Source: Candidatus Methylomirabilia bacterium
GTDB taxonomy: Bacteria; Methylomirabilota; Methylomirabilia; Rokubacteriales; CSP1-6
Assembly (NCBI GenBank): GCA_041478145.1
Contig: JBGOVO010000003.1
Span: 1-38,478, forward strand
Reading direction: 5' to 3'
DNA: 38,478 bases
In this document: positions 35,925 through 38,478 of the stretch, piece after piece
Layout of the letters: each line of letters starts with the position of its first letter
How positions within the stretch are numbered: the first letter of the stretch is position 1
The notes under the pieces: generated by a model
Databases searched by the model: none
What the model saw: only the letters and a program-made list of their open reading frames with translations
What the model was told of the DNA's origin: nothing
Position numbers and translations under genes: made by a program

Positions 35925-36548
35925 ATGAGGACACTGATCGGCTGGACCGTGGGCGCCGCGTGCGCGACCGTGATCGTGACCGGCCTCTCCGCCCTTCCCG
36001 CGCAAGCCCAGGACGTGAAGGGAGATCGCCAGGACCTGCGCCAGGATCGCACGGACGTACGCCAGGACACGCGCGACATCCGCCAGGATCGGCGGGACGT
36101 GCGCCAGGACACGCGCGACGTCCGCGGCGACCGCCAGGACATCCGGCAGGACACACGCGAGATCCGCGGCGACCGGCAAGAGATCTCCAAGGACACGCAG
36201 GAGATCCGACAGGACCGCAAGGATCTCCAGGGCTCACGCCAGCAGCTCCGCGACGCCTACAAGTCCGGCGACCCCGCGGCCATCAAGGCGGCGCGGGAGA
36301 ACTTTCAGAAGAGCCGCGGCGAGCTGCGGGGCGATCTGAAGGATCGCCGCCAGGACGTCCACGAGCTCAACCGGGACCGGCAGGACCGTCGCGCCGATGT
36401 CCGTGACCTGAACAAGGACAAGCGGGAGCGGCGCGGCGACGTCCGCGAGCTCAAGGACGACAAGCAGGACCGGCGGGAAGACCTCCGCGACGTCCGGCAG
36501 GACCGCCGCGAGCCGAACCAGGACGTGAGCGCCCGCCGGGCGAAGTAG
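35925..36548 (+). CDS. Secreted charged heptad-repeat protein
   Basis: GAGGAG RBS; signal peptide ending AQA; about 20 copies of a (R/K)xDxx(D/E)(I/L/V) 7-residue repeat. Confidence 0.85.
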   Translation: MRTLIGWTVGAACATVIVTGLSALPAQAQDVKGDRQDLRQDRTDVRQDTRDIRQDRRDVRQDTRDVRGDRQDIRQDTREIRGDRQEISKDTQEIRQDRKDLQGSRQQLRDAYKSGDPAAIKAARENFQKSRGELRGDLKDRRQDVHELNRDRQDRRADVRDLNKDKRERRGDVRELKDDKQDRREDLRDVRQDRREPNQDVSARRAK

Positions 36549-36573
36549 CCTTCACCGACCGAGCTGGCCACGC

Positions 36574-36603
36574 GGGGGGAGCGGCCGATCAGGCCCTCCC
36601 CCC
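36574..36603. terminator. GC hairpin between convergent genes (terminator or repeat)
   Basis: GGGGGGAG-C-GGCC-GATCA-GGCC-CTCCCCCC; no long U-tract. Confidence 0.45.
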
Positions 36604-36618
36604 TTGGTGTGTCCAGGG

Positions 36619-38022
36619 CTACGCCTTGGGGGGATGGCGCTGGTGCCAGTCGGTCGCCGACTGATAGGCGCGGGCGGCGGCCAGGATGGTGTTCTCCTCC
36701 CACGCCCGCCCCATGAACTGGAGGCTCGTGGGCAGCCCGCGCGCGCCGAACCCATTGGGTACCGCCACCGCGGGCAGCCCGGCGCCGTTGCCGACCGCGC
36801 CCATCACGTCGCGCGCGGTGCCGCGGATCGCGCTGCGCACCTCGCCCCCCAGCATCGCCGCCACCATCGACCGACCCGGCGCGACCAGGGCGTCGAGCCG
36901 CGCCAGCACGCGGTCGGCCTCGCGCGCCATCACCCCGCGCAGCCGCAGCGCCTTGAGATAATCCTTGGCCAGGATGGCGTCGCGCGCGTAGGCGGTGTAG
37001 TGATCCTCGGGCGCGGTCAGCTCCGCGATGCCGCCGCTCTCGATCAGATCCTCGAAGGCACTGGCCGCCTCCGCGAAGAGAATGGTGCGCGTGATGTCGT
37101 CGTAGGGCAGATCCGGGAGCGCGACCTCCTCGACGGTGCCCACGCCCTTCAGCACCTCGAGCGAGCGCTCGAAGTTCTCGCGCACCGCGTCCTCGCAGCC
37201 GTCGGTGACGTCACGCAGCACGCCGAACCGGAAGCGTCGCCCCGGCGGCGCGGCGCTCTCGTAGCGGAACGCCCGGTCCACCGTCGTCGGGTCCGCGGGA
37301 TCGGGCCCGGCGATGGCGTCCAGCACGAGGCCGCAGTCATCCGCGGTGAGGGCGAGCGGGCCGAGCTTGTCGAGCGTCCAGCAGAGCGCCATCGCGCCGT
37401 GGCGGCTCACGCGGCCGTAGGTCGGGCGCAGGCCCGCGATGCCGCAATTGCCCGCGGGCGAGAGGATGGACCCCCACGTCTCGGAGCCGATCGCGAAGGG
37501 CACGAGCCCGGCGCAGACGGCGGAGCCCGAGCCGCTCGACGACCCCCCGCTCCACGCCTCCAGATTCCATGGATTGACGCCGGGCCCGGTGAAGGCCGCA
37601 TTGGGCTGGCGATAGCCCATGCCGCCCGCCAGCTCCACCATCGCCAGCTTGGCGCAGAGCACCGCGCCCGCGTCCTCCAGCTTCCGGATCGCGGTGGCGT
37701 CGAAGTCGAACACGCGGTCCTTGAACGGCGCCGCGCCCCACGTGGTCGGAATGCCCCCCGACGTGGCGAGGAGATCCTTGGCGCCATACGGAATGCCGTG
37801 GAGCGGCCCGCGGTAGCGCCCGGCCGCGATCTCGGCCTCGGCGCGGCGCGCCTGCTCCAGCGCCCGGGCGCGGGTGATGGTGACCACCGCGTTGTAGCGG
37901 GGGCCCAGGCGCTCGAGCCGGTCGAGGAAGGTCTCGGCCAGCGCCACCGGCGAGATGCGGCGGGCGCGCACACCCTCCGCCAGCCGGCGCACCGGGGTGA
38001 AGACGACGTCGGCGGCCGTCAC
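36619..38022 (-). CDS. Amidase signature family protein (GatA/AtzE-like)
   Basis: GPLHGIPYGAKD, GGSSSGS, GSETWGSI..PA..CG..GLRPTYGRVSR. Confidence 0.93.
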   Translation of the reverse strand: MTAADVVFTPVRRLAEGVRARRISPVALAETFLDRLERLGPRYNAVVTITRARALEQARRAEAEIAAGRYRGPLHGIPYGAKDLLATSGGIPTTWGAAPFKDRVFDFDATAIRKLEDAGAVLCAKLAMVELAGGMGYRQPNAAFTGPGVNPWNLEAWSGGSSSGSGSAVCAGLVPFAIGSETWGSILSPAGNCGIAGLRPTYGRVSRHGAMALCWTLDKLGPLALTADDCGLVLDAIAGPDPADPTTVDRAFRYESAAPPGRRFRFGVLRDVTDGCEDAVRENFERSLEVLKGVGTVEEVALPDLPYDDITRTILFAEAASAFEDLIESGGIAELTAPEDHYTAYARDAILAKDYLKALRLRGVMAREADRVLARLDALVAPGRSMVAAMLGGEVRSAIRGTARDVMGAVGNGAGLPAVAVPNGFGARGLPTSLQFMGRAWEENTILAAARAYQSATDWHQRHPPKA

Positions 38023-38231
38023 GAATCCGCGCGATAAGCCGCGAAGGGTTGCCCGGGCTCGTCGGCATTGGTGAGGCGGACGGCGCGGAGGGCCCGCGCG
38101 GCCTGGACGATACCCACGATGCCCTCGCGCACCGCCTCCAGCTCGTCGGCATTCAGGCGACTGCCGTAGCGCTCGCGCACCAGCGCGAACAGCGTGTCCA
38201 CCTCGGCGCGGAGGGCCTCGGGCTCGCTCAT
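38019..38231 (-). CDS. Small amidase partner protein (GatC/AtzG-like)
   Basis: 70-aa helical protein ending LTNADEP..PF; GTGA overlap with the amidase. Confidence 0.65.
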   Translation of the reverse strand: MSEPEALRAEVDTLFALVRERYGSRLNADELEAVREGIVGIVQAARALRAVRLTNADEPGQPFAAYRADS

Positions 38232-38243
38232 GCCGCCCGCATT

Positions 38244-38478
38244 CTAGCGGAGGCGTGGATCGAGCGCATCGCGCAACCCGTCGCCCAGCAGGTTGAAACC
38301 GAGCACCGCCAGGAAGATAGCCAGCCCGGGCAGGGCCGCCACGTGCGGCGCCACGTTCATGTACTGGCGGCTGCTGGAGAGCATGCTGCCCCAGTCCGAG
38401 GTGGGCGGCTGGACGCCGAGCCCCAGGAACGACAGGCCCGCGAGCGCCGTGATCATGCCGCCCACGTTGAGCGTGACC
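38244..38478 (-). CDS. Peptide/nickel ABC transporter permease DppC (C-terminal part)
   Basis: [21 protein letters not shown]...[15 protein letters not shown]; runs off the window edge. Confidence 0.9.
   Translation of the reverse strand, partial: VTLNVGGMITALAGLSFLGLGVQPPTSDWGSMLSSSRQYMNVAPHVAALPGLAIFLAVLGFNLLGDGLRDALDPRLR

Noticed and set aside
36020-36530. 21-bp periodic repeats as a CRISPR array
   Set aside because: No unique spacers or cas genes; the repeats are degenerate in a codon-wise way and encode protein heptads.
1-38478. tRNA, rRNA, integrase, transposase or prophage genes
   Set aside because: None recognised by eye; a covariance-model search would be needed to exclude small RNAs.

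Overview
A very GC-rich, gene-dense bacterial window. The gene content and style suggest a diderm soil bacterium such as Ca. Rokubacteria, which is an inference. Left to right it contains: a STAS / MBL-hydrolase / CHASE2 signalling operon; a decayed D-aminoacylase; a piu-type TonB iron-uptake operon behind a DtxR/IdeR-like box; a sigma54-driven SPFH/zinc-ribbon operon; a PD-(D/E)XK nuclease-like gene; RidA; a sugar ABC transporter; a TonB-receptor relic; an ECF sigma module; an OsmC protein; metabolic enzymes; a frameshifted yciH; an AT-hook protein; TrmH; DUF72; LigD/Ku NHEJ genes with an HTH-TPR partner; a secreted heptad-repeat protein; and an amidase operon. The standout candidate new system is an ECF sigma factor translationally coupled to a fusion of a zinc anti-sigma domain (HxxxCxxC), an O6-alkylguanine alkyltransferase (PCHRV) and an Ada Zn domain. 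An identical bipartite motif (TTTCAC-N17-GTCTCAA) lies upstream of both the sigma gene and a downstream pair of small genes, which suggests an adaptive alkylation response run by sigma release instead of an AraC-type Ada. Other highlights are a hidden selenoprotein (OsmC with an in-frame UGA and SECIS-like hairpin), three sigma54 promoters, and repeated CTGA stop/start overlaps. All calls come from motif recognition by eye; no database searches were run.
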